Virus record (IMG/VR): IMGVR_UViG_3300045135_000745
Coordinates: 15,885-79,884 of that record
DNA length: 64,000 nucleotides
Source: a virus
Direction: 5' to 3' (one strand)
Shown here: positions 55,963-63,652 of the stretch, in pieces
How positions within the stretch are numbered: the stretch's first letter is position 1
Layout: each line of letters starts with the position of its first letter
Program-made: the position numbers and the translations under genes
The notes under the pieces: generated by a model
Databases searched by the model: none
Seen by the model: only the letters and a program-made list of their open reading frames with translations
Told to the model about the DNA's origin: nothing

Positions 55963-56877
55963 TTAATCGCCGTTTGCTAGCTTAGCAAAGTAGCTCATAG
56001 TATCTTCTTCCTCTTCAGTATCGTCGGACGCAGTAGTCATCTCTTCGATAGTCTGAGGTGGGGTCTCACGCATGACTGGTGCAGGTGATTCTGCATTCAT
56101 CATAGCCTGTTGTGCCATTGGCATCTCAGACTGAAGACCAAGTACGTCATTCATCTTCTTCTCAAGCTCAGCATAGCTCTTATAGAACTTAGGATCAGTG
56201 AACTCGCTAAGCGGATGTAGTGTGTTGTACACACCTTCGAGGTACGTTTCGTCTGCTGATAGCTCAGTTGGACCATCGAACTCCGACTTATCGTAGTTTA
56301 CCCAACCATCAACCTTACGGATCTTAATCTTAAAGTTAGCACCTTCCCAGAAGTCGAATGGGTTCATAGGAGTCTCGTCAGCATATTGTGGCTGCATTGC
56401 ATCCATGATCTTATCAAAGATCTTTTTACCAAACTGATACATGAAGACCTTGCCTTCGTTATCAGGGTTAGCAGGATCGGATACCACGAGTACGTTTGCT
56501 ACATGATGTAGACGACGCTTCTGATCGCGTGCTTGTTTACGTGTCGGAGACTTGTCATCGTCACTCATGTTCCAGAGCTTGCTGTTAAGCGCACCTACTG
56601 GATCATCTTGACCAATCGACGTCAACGAACGCTCGATGTACCATTTACCTGTTGGGCCCTTGAATCCGTGATCCCAGTAGCGTACCCATGGAAGATCTTG
56701 ACCTTCCGCTGCTGGTAGGAAACGTACTACCGCATAGCCGTTGCCCATCTTATCGATGGTTGGCTTCCACATACGTTCGTCTTTGTAGGAGGATTTTTCA
56801 CCACCGCTAGTAGCTTCTGCTGCAGCTACGAGTTTATCGATGGAGTTACGGTTACGTTTTAGATTTGCAAAAGACAT
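55963..56877 (-). CDS. gp32: Single-stranded DNA binding protein
   Basis: DERMWKPT.DK.GNGYAV.RFLP, HGFKGPTGKWYIE.SL, FGKKIFDKI, PFDFWEGANFK.KIR, acidic tail ending YFAKLA. Confidence 0.97.
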   Translation of the reverse strand: MSFANLKRNRNSIDKLVAAAEATSGGEKSSYKDERMWKPTIDKMGNGYAVVRFLPAAEGQDLPWVRYWDHGFKGPTGKWYIERSLTSIGQDDPVGALNSKLWNMSDDDKSPTRKQARDQKRRLHHVANVLVVSDPANPDNEGKVFMYQFGKKIFDKIMDAMQPQYADETPMNPFDFWEGANFKIKIRKVDGWVNYDKSEFDGPTELSADETYLEGVYNTLHPLSEFTDPKFYKSYAELEKKMNDVLGLQSEMPMAQQAMMNAESPAPVMRETPPQTIEEMTTASDDTEEEEDTMSYFAKLANGD

Positions 56878-56912
56878 TGTATTTCCTTATGTTGCGTTGT
56901 ATGAGCTGAATT

Positions 56913-56941
56913 ATTATAGCATATATTTGTACCGAAGTACA
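56913..56941 (-). promoter_or_regulatory. Promoter TGTACT-N17-TATAAT for gp32
   Basis: GATGTACTTC -35 region shared with the 58343-58371 promoter. Confidence 0.6.
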
Positions 56942-56954
56942 TCTTATATATGTA

Positions 56955-57182
56955 TTATTCGAAGAAAAGTTCGTTAGTGCGCGGAATTAAATTCAAGCGC
57001 ATAGCTTCACCTTCAATCTTCTCTTGAATAGGTGCAGAGACAAACTTACGTACGTCTTCTGGATCGATGCCGTGATCCTCACAGACCATTAGTACGGCAT
57101 CCATATATCCTAGCTTATTCTCAAGCACGGTCTTTTCGACAAGCTTCGAGAATTCGGATTTGGTTAGAAATTTACTATTCAT
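56955..57182 (-). CDS. gp33: Late transcription co-activator
   Basis: FS..VE..V......YMDAV...CE..GID.E.V.K.VS..I.EKIE.EA..LN. Confidence 0.9.
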   Translation of the reverse strand: MNSKFLTKSEFSKLVEKTVLENKLGYMDAVLMVCEDHGIDPEDVRKFVSAPIQEKIEGEAMRLNLIPRTNELFFE

Positions 57183-58318
57183 TTATCTAGTGCTCTCAAT
57201 AGTATTGTATCCTTGTTAATACGACCTTTCACATCTGTGATTGTCTTGGTGGTAAACGTGGCCCAGAACTTATTAATAGCAGTGGGGGTCTTGGTAAGGA
57301 ACGTGCTTAGCTGCTCCTCAGGCTTACGTAGGCGCACCGCACGCGAGCGCTCGAGGTCAATACCATAGATTGTACTACCACGAACTTCGAAGCCCTTAGG
57401 CGACTCTGTGACGTACTCTGTAATTATACGCTCTTTTACGTGGAATGTATACAGTCTATTTGCACCAACAATCGATGTTGGATTAATCGAGGTAAGCTTG
57501 TGCTCCGTAGAATCCACTGCATAGTTGAGCTTAGAGACTTGCTTGTCTGCAGTCTTAACTTTAGGCTTCGAAGGCTTACGTGTCGCCTTCTTCGATAGCA
57601 CATAACGCTCAGCATCAGCCACGATCGATTGAACAAGCTTAAGATTCTTTTTGCGCTGAGGGATAGACATATGGCTATATCCTTCCACAAGCTCAGGTGT
57701 TTTATCGTTCACCAGCTCTTGTAATTCAGCGAGTAGTGGCTGATAGAACTTTAGAACGTTGCTGGCAGAGAATAAGTTAAGGTCAGCCTTAATCATTTCA
57801 TTGTACACAGAGTAGTTTTCGACGTCTTGGTATACACCATTATAAAAGTCATCAAGTACGGCTTCAACTTCGCAAATAAAGTCAGACGTACGCTCTTTGA
57901 CGATATCCATGGGCGATTTAACTACCTTAGCCGGCTTAGTATTTTCTTCGCTCTGTGCTTCGGCTTTCTTTTCCGCCCAGTATCGAACATTCTCGATATA
58001 AAGCTCTGCAGCCTTTTCACCATTGTACTTCTCTGGCCAATCATAGCCAAGATTCTTCCACTGAATACCGGATGCTGGTCCATAGTGAGTCGAGTACACG
58101 TGTTCCGGACCAGATAGAAGAAGCTTACGCTCTTCACCGGTATAGTTATCGCGAATGTACGTCTTAAGTACACCAGCAACTTCTTTCCGATCAAGGTCCA
58201 ACCGGAAGTATTCTCGGAATGCATGAAAAGATTTAGTGGGTGCAGCTGCAAGACCTGTACGAGTCTTGCGTGGAAGCGGTGCTGCTTTTTTACGCTTCTG
58301 GGTCTTACGTGCTACCAT
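57179..58318 (-). CDS. Conserved hypothetical basic protein of T4-like phages (379 aa)
   Basis: L.EGYSH, SINP..IVGA..L, GF.V.GST, LRKP, GRIN..TILLR; upstream of gp33. Confidence 0.75.
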   Translation of the reverse strand: MVARKTQKRKKAAPLPRKTRTGLAAAPTKSFHAFREYFRLDLDRKEVAGVLKTYIRDNYTGEERKLLLSGPEHVYSTHYGPASGIQWKNLGYDWPEKYNGEKAAELYIENVRYWAEKKAEAQSEENTKPAKVVKSPMDIVKERTSDFICEVEAVLDDFYNGVYQDVENYSVYNEMIKADLNLFSASNVLKFYQPLLAELQELVNDKTPELVEGYSHMSIPQRKKNLKLVQSIVADAERYVLSKKATRKPSKPKVKTADKQVSKLNYAVDSTEHKLTSINPTSIVGANRLYTFHVKERIITEYVTESPKGFEVRGSTIYGIDLERSRAVRLRKPEEQLSTFLTKTPTAINKFWATFTTKTITDVKGRINKDTILLRALDK

Positions 58319-58342
58319 AATATATCTCCATAATGTAAGTGT

Positions 58343-58371
58343 ACTGTATCACAGATAGCTAAAGAAGTACA
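58343..58371 (-). promoter_or_regulatory. Promoter TGTACT-N17-TACAGT
   Basis: Preceded by TAGGGGA; upstream of the 379-aa gene. Confidence 0.55.
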
Positions 58372-58375
58372 TCCC

Positions 58376-58588
58376 CTATTTCGGGAGATCGTCATTCAAT
58401 TTAACAAGCTCAAGCTCACCATTTTCATTCTCAAAAGATTTTACAAATCCTTCTTGTGCTAAGTATGTAATGGTATCAGCAATAGTTTCTTCACTACGTC
58501 CACGACCGAGGTAGTATCCAATCATTCCGGCGCATCCGGAAACAGCGCTGATAAGAATCCAGTTAAACATAATGGGATCAATGTACAT
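58376..58588 (-). CDS. Small membrane protein (70 aa)
   Basis: N-terminal hydrophobic helix, AAGGAG RBS. Confidence 0.7.
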   Translation of the reverse strand: MYIDPIMFNWILISAVSGCAGMIGYYLGRGRSEETIADTITYLAQEGFVKSFENENGELELVKLNDDLPK

Positions 58589-58610
58589 AGTAATCTCCTT
58601 ATTGTTTATA

Positions 58611-58733
58611 CTATTTATCGTTATCGAGATCTTGCTCGTAGATATAAACAGGGCCAGGCTTATCCTCTTTTTTACGGAACAGGGTGTTCCACTTGAGGAT
58701 AAGCATGTACTTCATATAGGTAAACCAATTCAT
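58611..58733 (-). CDS. Small hypothetical protein (40 aa)
   Basis: Manual: MNWFTYMKYMLILKWNTLFRKKEDKPGPVYIYEQDLDNDK*, ATGA-coupled to the upstream gene. Confidence 0.55.
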   Translation of the reverse strand: MNWFTYMKYMLILKWNTLFRKKEDKPGPVYIYEQDLDNDK

Positions 58734-59077
58734 TCGAATGAAACCACACTATCGATACGGAATGAACGCCAGCCATTAGCATTAACATCCCAAACAGGAA
58801 GCACTTCTTCATTTACAGCCTTAGATGATTTTGCAACATCTTCACGAACATCTTCTGTAATAAGATTTGCATCCAATGTGCATGTCATCACACGCTTTTC
58901 GCCATTTACTTTTGTAAATGTCACAACCTTTGTACCTGTCTGTAGCTCTTTAATCATTTCACTTCGAATTTGTTTGCGAATATCTGTCGCAAGCAATTCC
59001 AATTCTTCCATGGATTCTGGGATATTCATATCTTGTGCCATCTTATTCAATTCCTTTGCTGATTTCAAATTTTTCAT
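58730..59077 (-). CDS. WYL-like / Sm-like SH3 beta-barrel protein (likely start 59077)
   Basis: VTFTKVNGEKRVMTCTL...VWDVNANGWRSFRIDSV. Confidence 0.8.
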   Translation of the reverse strand: MKNLKSAKELNKMAQDMNIPESMEELELLATDIRKQIRSEMIKELQTGTKVVTFTKVNGEKRVMTCTLDANLITEDVREDVAKSSKAVNEEVLPVWDVNANGWRSFRIDSVVSFE

Positions 59078-59078
59078 A

Positions 59079-59342
59079 TTAGTAGTCGCCCCAGTCTGCG
59101 TCGTGACGTGTTGTTTCATAGAATGTTTCACCGTAGTACTGCTGAGCGTACTTGCTAGCGTCAGTGTAGTAGTTAGGGTTCTTGGAAGTATCTTCCGGCG
59201 TGTCCATGAAGGTACGAGCGGGTTTAGGAGCCTTACGCATAACGGTTTTGGTTTGAGTTTTGATCCGAGCCATTTTCTTCTTGCGCTCTGCGATCTGTTT
59301 GATAAGAGCAAGACGTTCGGATTGTGTGGTTGCGATTGTCAT
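59079..59342 (-). CDS. Hypothetical early protein (87 aa)
   Basis: GGAG RBS and early promoter upstream of ATG 59342. Confidence 0.7.
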   Translation of the reverse strand: MTIATTQSERLALIKQIAERKKKMARIKTQTKTVMRKAPKPARTFMDTPEDTSKNPNYYTDASKYAQQYYGETFYETTRHDADWGDY

Positions 59343-59375
59343 AATGTAAGTCTCCGTGATTTTGTTTATATGAGC

Positions 59376-59412
59376 ACTATACCGCAAGTGAATAGGGGAT
59401 GTAAACCCCCTA
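59376..59412 (-). promoter_or_regulatory. Early promoter TAGGGGG-TTTACA-N18-TATAGT
   Basis: Shares TGCATTTAGGGGGTTTACAT with the 2819 promoter. Confidence 0.75.
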
Positions 59413-59429
59413 AATGCACTTTTTTCATT

Positions 59430-59657
59430 TTATTTAAAAAAAGTTCTATAGGTGCCTTCAGTGGTACGCATAGCAGCTAGAAATTCGTAGAACATCTTAT
59501 GTGTCATTACAATAAGATCGTACTTGTCGGTGTTCTCGTTGAACTGTCGAATGAATACCCCACCGTCGTCAATGTGTACTTGCACATCATCATGGTCACC
59601 ATTTTCATCAAGTATTGTGGTTACCGTGGCATCGAATTCAAACTCATTCGTGAACAT
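59430..59657 (-). CDS. Hypothetical protein (75 aa)
   Basis: MFTNEFEFDATVTTILDE...DVQV......VFIRQF; AGGAG RBS. Confidence 0.7.
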   Translation of the reverse strand: MFTNEFEFDATVTTILDENGDHDDVQVHIDDGGVFIRQFNENTDKYDLIVMTHKMFYEFLAAMRTTEGTYRTFFK

Positions 59658-59819
59658 CAATCTCCTCCTCGTCTTCCATTATCCCCAATCCTTTCGGTCT
59701 AGTTCATTGTCATATCCATAGGTATATTCTTCGATCTGTTCTTTGGTCATATCCGCCATTTCTACACGGATACCTTTACCAGGAGTTGAAGTCGCCTTCA
59801 TATTCTTTCCACGCGTTAT

Positions 59820-60302
59820 TCATTCCATGTCCTCATACATTTGAAGAATTTCCCATCCATATTCAGTTAGCGTTAAGAACCCAGTACCACCTCGCTCTGA
59901 AGCTGTCAATAGCCCTTGACTGATAGCCTCCCTCCACATGGCGGCGCAGTTGGCAACGGATTCATAGCCCAGGATGTCTGCCACTAGCCGGGCCTCGGTT
60001 TCGTGCGGGCAATCGTGCAGGTATAGGTCCAGTGTTGCTTGGTTGGGATCTGGTGTGGTGTGGTGTTCCTTGGTGTCCTTCCATGCGCAGCCGCCTTCAT
60101 CAGCCACGAGACGCACGCCAGTCATGATCGCTTTGTCGAAGCGGAAGCCCTCGATAAGGATTGGTCGGTTGAGGCTGTCTAAGTGTCCTTCCTTGCGACT
60201 GAGGTCCAGGACCGCCCCGTGAAGGGCTGACTCCATGGCTGGTGTTGGTGCGGGGTGTGAGTAGATTGGGATGGGTGGTGGACGGGTGCCGCTGTCAGTC
60301 AT
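59820..60302 (-). CDS. Hypothetical protein within the insertion (160 aa)
   Basis: ORF with GGAG RBS, overlapping the upstream insertion gene. Confidence 0.6.
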   Translation of the reverse strand: MTDSGTRPPPIPIYSHPAPTPAMESALHGAVLDLSRKEGHLDSLNRPILIEGFRFDKAIMTGVRLVADEGGCAWKDTKEHHTTPDPNQATLDLYLHDCPHETEARLVADILGYESVANCAAMWREAISQGLLTASERGGTGFLTLTEYGWEILQMYEDME

Positions 60303-60486
60303 CGGAGGTCTCCTTGAGGGCTCGGTAATTGGATAGTGCCTCCCCCGCTATGTTCTCTGGGTTCTGCCGCAGGATCTCGGGCAGCGCGGCAAGGATGTCC
60401 TTCGCAGCCCCCATTGCTTGATGACTTTTGCAATCAGTGTTTCGCCACACTATGTCCGCAATCGTCTCTCTTGCTGTGTTAGTCAT
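60295..60486 (-). CDS. Hypothetical protein within the insertion
   Basis: AAGGAG RBS, MTNTARETIADIVW...AAKDILAALP. Confidence 0.6.
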   Translation of the reverse strand: MTNTARETIADIVWRNTDCKSHQAMGAAKDILAALPEILRQNPENIAGEALSNYRALKETSDD

Positions 60487-60652
60487 AACACGCACTCCTT
60501 TACATTAAACTTCTCGATAAGCTCAGCGCCCTTGATGGTGCGAAGCCGTTGACTTCCAGTTCCTTCTGGCCACCAATGAGGATCGAACCTACGACTGTAA
60601 TAGGCATCTGCACTGCCCCGATCTTGAGGTGAGCCGTGTTTAGGAAGATCCA

Positions 60653-60727
60653 TTATATATTCTCCACGATAAGAGTTAATCCACAAAGGGCGATAAAGAA
60701 CACCCCAATAAAAATAAAGAAGCTCAT
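60653..60727 (-). CDS. Putative 24-aa membrane peptide
   Basis: MSFFIFIGVFFIALCGLTLIVENI*, TAATG-coupled at both ends. Confidence 0.5.
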   Translation of the reverse strand: MSFFIFIGVFFIALCGLTLIVENI

Positions 60728-60909
60728 TATGCGTTCTCCATCATCTTCTCTTCCATAGCGTCGATGGATTTATCGATATCCTCGACTAGAAATTGCAGTT
60801 CCATCAGAATCGATTCACGATCTTTTTCGAAGTTTTTCGAACGACGAACGAGGCTCTCGATTACATGTTTAACGGTGAAGGCATCTTGTACAGAATCGCG
60901 AAGTAGCAT
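60727..60909 (-). CDS. Hypothetical early protein (60 aa)
   Basis: AAGGAG RBS, ATG 60909, early promoter upstream. Confidence 0.7.
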   Translation of the reverse strand: MLLRDSVQDAFTVKHVIESLVRRSKNFEKDRESILMELQFLVEDIDKSIDAMEEKMMENA

Positions 60910-60935
60910 AGTGGTATCTCCTTGTTTACATATAG

Positions 60936-60972
60936 AGTATACCATAAAAAAATAGGAGATGTAAACCCCCTA
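60936..60972 (-). promoter_or_regulatory. Early promoter TAGGGGG-TTTACA-N18-TATACT
   Basis: Same motif family, extended -10 TG. Confidence 0.75.
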
Positions 60973-60980
60973 TTTTCATT

Positions 60981-61130
60981 TTATTTGGAATTATTTTCAC
61001 GCTCTTCTCTCAGCTTGCGCCTGATCCACTCGTGGTATCGTTCTTGTTCGTGATACCCAATCGCCACATCGCCAGAGCGGTGTAAGTCACTCGGATCTCT
61101 ATTTTTTTGGTATTCTTCGGCCATCGCCAT
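60981..61130 (-). CDS. Hypothetical protein (about 49 aa)
   Basis: GGGAG RBS before MAMAEEYQK. Confidence 0.55.
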   Translation of the reverse strand: MAMAEEYQKNRDPSDLHRSGDVAIGYHEQERYHEWIRRKLREERENNSK

Positions 61131-61299
61131 CGTACTCCCAGTTGCGTTTATCAGGATCAAGATGCATATCAAACTTAAACTGTCGATCGTCGTCTATGAT
61201 CTTCTCAAGAGTCTTTAGTCGTAGTTTCAGGGACTCTAGCTCTAGTTCTTTCTTCTTGATTTCATGTTGTAAATTTTCTACTTCGCCGCACATACTCAT
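61099..61299 (-). CDS. Hypothetical protein (66 aa)
   Basis: Coiled-coil ORF starting immediately after a -10 box (possibly leaderless). Confidence 0.6.
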   Translation of the reverse strand: MSMCGEVENLQHEIKKKELELESLKLRLKTLEKIIDDDRQFKFDMHLDPDKRNWEYDGDGRRIPKK

Positions 61300-61335
61300 A
61301 TTATACCCCTTATTTTATTATATGTAAACACCCTA
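61300..61335 (-). promoter_or_regulatory. Early promoter TAGGGTG-TTTACA-N17-TATAAT
   Basis: Same motif family. Confidence 0.7.
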
Positions 61336-61548
61336 AAGCGGAATACCTTTTTTATTTTCCCAATCAAAACATTGATAATCCATAACTGACCAGCCTTGAT
61401 TGTCCACCTCAGCTATACCAACCTGCAACGCTTGCATACACTGGTCTTCATTCTCCCAAATATAAGGGGAAACGAATCCCCGACAGTTATTCGGATTTGA
61501 AGTTCCATCTGTGTTTAATACACAGGCTAATACCATTGCTGAAAACAT
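61333..61548 (-). CDS. Hypothetical Cys-containing protein (71 aa)
   Basis: MFSAMVLAC...C...C...C; AAGGAG RBS. Confidence 0.65.
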   Translation of the reverse strand: MFSAMVLACVLNTDGTSNPNNCRGFVSPYIWENEDQCMQALQVGIAEVDNQGWSVMDYQCFDWENKKGIPL

Positions 61549-61549
61549 C

Positions 61550-61813
61550 TCATTCTCCTTTATATATTTTCTGGAGTTGAGTCTCAAACTCCTCTACCTT
61601 AGTAAGCCTATTTGGCCAAAAGATGTATTCTTTCTCTGGATTCTTCTTTAAATTATTTAAAAGAGGTATAACAGCATTATATAACCTGTCAAGGCGTTCT
61701 TGTGTAGTGTGCGCCTGTTCCTCAACTATTTTAGCTGCAGACGTCGCTTCCTGTACGGACGTCAGCTCTTCCTCGTCGACAGCTGTAAATCCGAAGTCAA
61801 ATATATCGTCCAT
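61550..61813 (-). CDS. Conserved hypothetical phage protein (87 aa)
   Basis: DFGFTAVDEEEL...PLLNNLKKNPEKEYIFWPNR. Confidence 0.75.
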   Translation of the reverse strand: MDDIFDFGFTAVDEEELTSVQEATSAAKIVEEQAHTTQERLDRLYNAVIPLLNNLKKNPEKEYIFWPNRLTKVEEFETQLQKIYKGE

Positions 61814-62300
61814 TAGTAATCTCCGTTAGTGATATATGTACAGGTGATTTAATTATAAATTCCACCACATCCGCAACATCTCGTACATTCATTTTTTCTC
61901 TGTGTGTGATGCTATTTACCATTGGGGTATCAATAATCGTCGGACGAATTGTGGCTACCCTACACAAAGAAGAACGAGATGCCTCTTCAAGTAGGATTTT
62001 GTTCTTTGAATATTCAGTATTTTTCTTTAGGGTGACTGCATATGAGGATATGTTTACAATCAGCTTATTTGGGTCTGCCCAAGCTTCATCTACTACTTTA
62101 AATAAAGATGCTTGATACGTACCACTATAAGCATTGTTAATGAATACATTACAATCAGATATTGCTTCTACAATCGGACTCGGGTGGGCGATATCAAATC
62201 CGTTTTTTAAATCAAATCCTACAGAGTTGAACCTAAAATATAATTCTTTGCCTAATCCAGAACAATGGCCGGTAATCCCAACTTTCAATGCCGACATCAT
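61797..62300 (-). CDS. Short-chain dehydrogenase/reductase (compact)
   Basis: GITGHCSGLG (TGxxxGxG), FINNA, VNISS, YSKNK (YxxxK), IDTPMV. Confidence 0.82.
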   Translation of the reverse strand: MMSALKVGITGHCSGLGKELYFRFNSVGFDLKNGFDIAHPSPIVEAISDCNVFINNAYSGTYQASLFKVVDEAWADPNKLIVNISSYAVTLKKNTEYSKNKILLEEASRSSLCRVATIRPTIIDTPMVNSITHREKMNVRDVADVVEFIIKSPVHISLTEITNGRYI

Positions 62301-62347
62301 AAATTCCTTTCTAATTTATATATAATGTAAACTACACGCTATAAACG

Positions 62348-62383
62348 AAAAAAGGCACCAAGACCGAAGTCAAGGTGCCTTTA
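62348..62383 (-). terminator. Terminator at the end of the tRNA array (UUCG loop)
   Basis: AGGCACC-tt-GAC-TTCG-GTC-tt-GGTGCCT followed by a T-run. Confidence 0.85.
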
Positions 62384-62386
62384 TTA

Positions 62387-62462
62387 TGGTGCCGCCACGA
62401 GGAATCGAACCCCGGGCATCCTGATTACAAATCAGGCGCTCTACCATCTGAGCTATAGCGGC
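62387..62462 (-). tRNA. tRNA-Thr(UGU)
   Basis: Cloverleaf, CCTGA-TT-TGT-AA-TCAGG, encoded CCA. Confidence 0.95.
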
Positions 62463-62478
62463 TTAAACTTTTCGTGTA

Positions 62479-62570
62479 TGGCGGAAAGTAAGGGATTCGA
62501 ACCCTTGATAGAGCTTTCGCCCTATGACGGTTTAGCAAACCGCTGATTTAAACCACTCATCCAACTTTCC
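62479..62570 (-). tRNA. tRNA-Ser(GCU)
   Basis: GCGGT-TT-GCT-AA-ACCGT, long variable arm, CCA. Confidence 0.95.
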
Positions 62571-62576
62571 ATTATT

Positions 62577-62659
62577 TGGTACCTCTGGAGGGACTCGAAC
62601 CCCCACTCTTGCGAACTGCATTCTAAGTGCAGCGTGTCTACCAATTCCACCACAGAGGC
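62577..62659 (-). tRNA. tRNA-Leu(UAG)
   Basis: CTGCA-CT-TAG-AA-TGCAG, variable arm, CCA. Confidence 0.95.
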
Positions 62660-62665
62660 ATATTC

Positions 62666-62741
62666 TGGTGCAAGATGTAGGGCTCGAACCTACGACCTGA
62701 GGTATGTAAAACCCCTGCTCTCCCATCTGAGCTAATCTTGC
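62666..62741 (-). tRNA. tRNA-Val(UAC)
   Basis: GGGGT-TT-TAC-AT-ACCTC, CCA. Confidence 0.93.
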
Positions 62742-62742
62742 A

Positions 62743-62818
62743 TGGCGGACTTGACGGGTTTCGATCCCGCTGCCTTCGGCGTGACAGGCCGACGCTCTCC
62801 CGATTGAGCTACAAGTCC
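62743..62818 (-). tRNA. tRNA-Asp(GUC)
   Basis: TCGGC-CT-GTC-AC-GCCGA, T-loop ATCGAAA, CCA. Confidence 0.93.
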
Positions 62819-62827
62819 ATTAAACTT

Positions 62828-62955
62828 TAAAGCAGGAATGTGGCTATACACAAGGAGGAGCCGAAGCCTGTCCTAGTTCCCTAAATTCCCTTGACAGCGA
62901 TCAACCTGCCTCAACACGTAAACATCCGTGTATCCTATCAAAGATAGTGGTCTAC
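62828..62955 (-). ncRNA. Putative structured ncRNA between tRNA-Gly and tRNA-Asp
   Basis: Several stems including GAGGCAGG/CCTGCTTT, CAAGG/CCTTG and a GGC-UUCG-GCU hairpin; no ORF. Confidence 0.45.
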
Positions 62956-62959
62956 TTTT

Positions 62960-63034
62960 TGGAGCGGATAGAGAATTTCGAAATCTCGACACTCTGGTTG
63001 GAAACCAGATGCTCTGCCTCTGAGCTATACCCGC
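62960..63034 (-). tRNA. tRNA-Gly(UCC)
   Basis: TCTGG-TT-TCC-AA-CCAGA, CCA; atypical T-stem GAGAT/TTCTC. Confidence 0.9.
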
Positions 63035-63038
63035 AATT

Positions 63039-63060
63039 TGGTGGAAGATATCGGACTCGA
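63039..63060 (-). pseudogene. 3' fragment of a disrupted tRNA-Ala
   Basis: TCGAGTCCGATATCTTCCACCA = T-loop, T-stem, acceptor 3' strand with U70, ACCA. Confidence 0.75.
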
Positions 63061-63069
63061 TATAAACTC

Positions 63070-63651
63070 CTAATCTATGGTGGAGGATAAGGGAGTTGAA
63101 CCCTTGACTCTGCCTTGCAAGGGCAGCGTGTTCCCATTAGCACCAATCCCCCATTTTTCTTTTACTAATTCCTCAATCAAAGGAACTACTTCGTCTGACC
63201 ATTTACTATGAACCATTTCGTGATGATTTGGACATAAAGGTATCAAGTTTTTTGGTTCATTGTTATAATGATTTTCATCAACATGATGAACAGCAACTAC
63301 TTTATCAAATCCACAAATTGCACATTCGCATTTCCAATGTTGAAATGCTATAGTTCTATAGTGTGTAGCATTATCATTCCACCATTCTTGCCTATTATTT
63401 GCACAAGACCTAGAACAATAATACTTATCTTTTTGAGGATAAAGTTTTTCTCGTTCTTTTACTAAAAACTTATTAGAACAACATAAACATTCAACTTCAA
63501 ACTCCTTCAGTTCACCGAACTTACTGATAGTTCCTTGGGCTTTATTCCAATTATTCCTTTTAGGGTTATGGTCGCACCAACGACTATGATTAGCCTTTTC
63601 TGAAGTAGTTGAGAAATTAAACTCTGTTTTGCAATGTTTGCATTTCCACAT
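63070..63651 (-). CDS. HNH homing endonuclease with zinc-finger N-terminus
   Basis: CKHC...H...C, CLCC...YCSRSC, CAICG....AVHHVDENHYNN..KNLIPLCPNHHEMVH. Confidence 0.9.
   Translation of the reverse strand: MWKCKHCKTEFNFSTTSEKANHSRWCDHNPKRNNWNKAQGTISKFGELKEFEVECLCCSNKFLVKEREKLYPQKDKYYCSRSCANNRQEWWNDNATHYRTIAFQHWKCECAICGFDKVVAVHHVDENHYNNEPKNLIPLCPNHHEMVHSKWSDEVVPLIEELVKEKWGIGANGNTLPLQGRVKGSTPLSSTID
63078..63152 (-). tRNA. tRNA-Ala(UGC), nested in the 3' end of the HNH ORF
   Basis: Acceptor GGGGGAT/ATCCTCC with G3:U70, CTGCC-CT-TGC-AA-GGCAG, CCA. Confidence 0.9.
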
Positions 63652-63652
63652 T

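Larger units (their letters stand above)
59783..60559 (-). mobile_element. GC-rich foreign DNA insertion bounded by CTGG direct repeats
   Basis: Visibly higher GC than the flanks; CCAG at 59779-59782 and 60556-60559; no transposase. Confidence 0.7.
59679..60653 (-). pseudogene. Small gene split by a 777-bp insertion
   Basis: Removing 59783-60559 restores MDLPKHGSPQDRGSADAYYSRRFDPHWWPEGTG-KGIRVEMADMTKEQIEEYTYGYDNELDRKDWG*. Confidence 0.75.

Noticed and set aside
58572-59480. 302-aa + strand ORF
   Set aside because: Antisense to several minus-strand genes that have RBSs, promoters and recognisable motifs; composition is typical of a shadow ORF.
59783-60559. Insertion as a self-splicing intron or IS element
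   Set aside because: No junction choice gives exon-U / intron-G in frame; no group I/II core, transposase or clear terminal inverted repeats seen.
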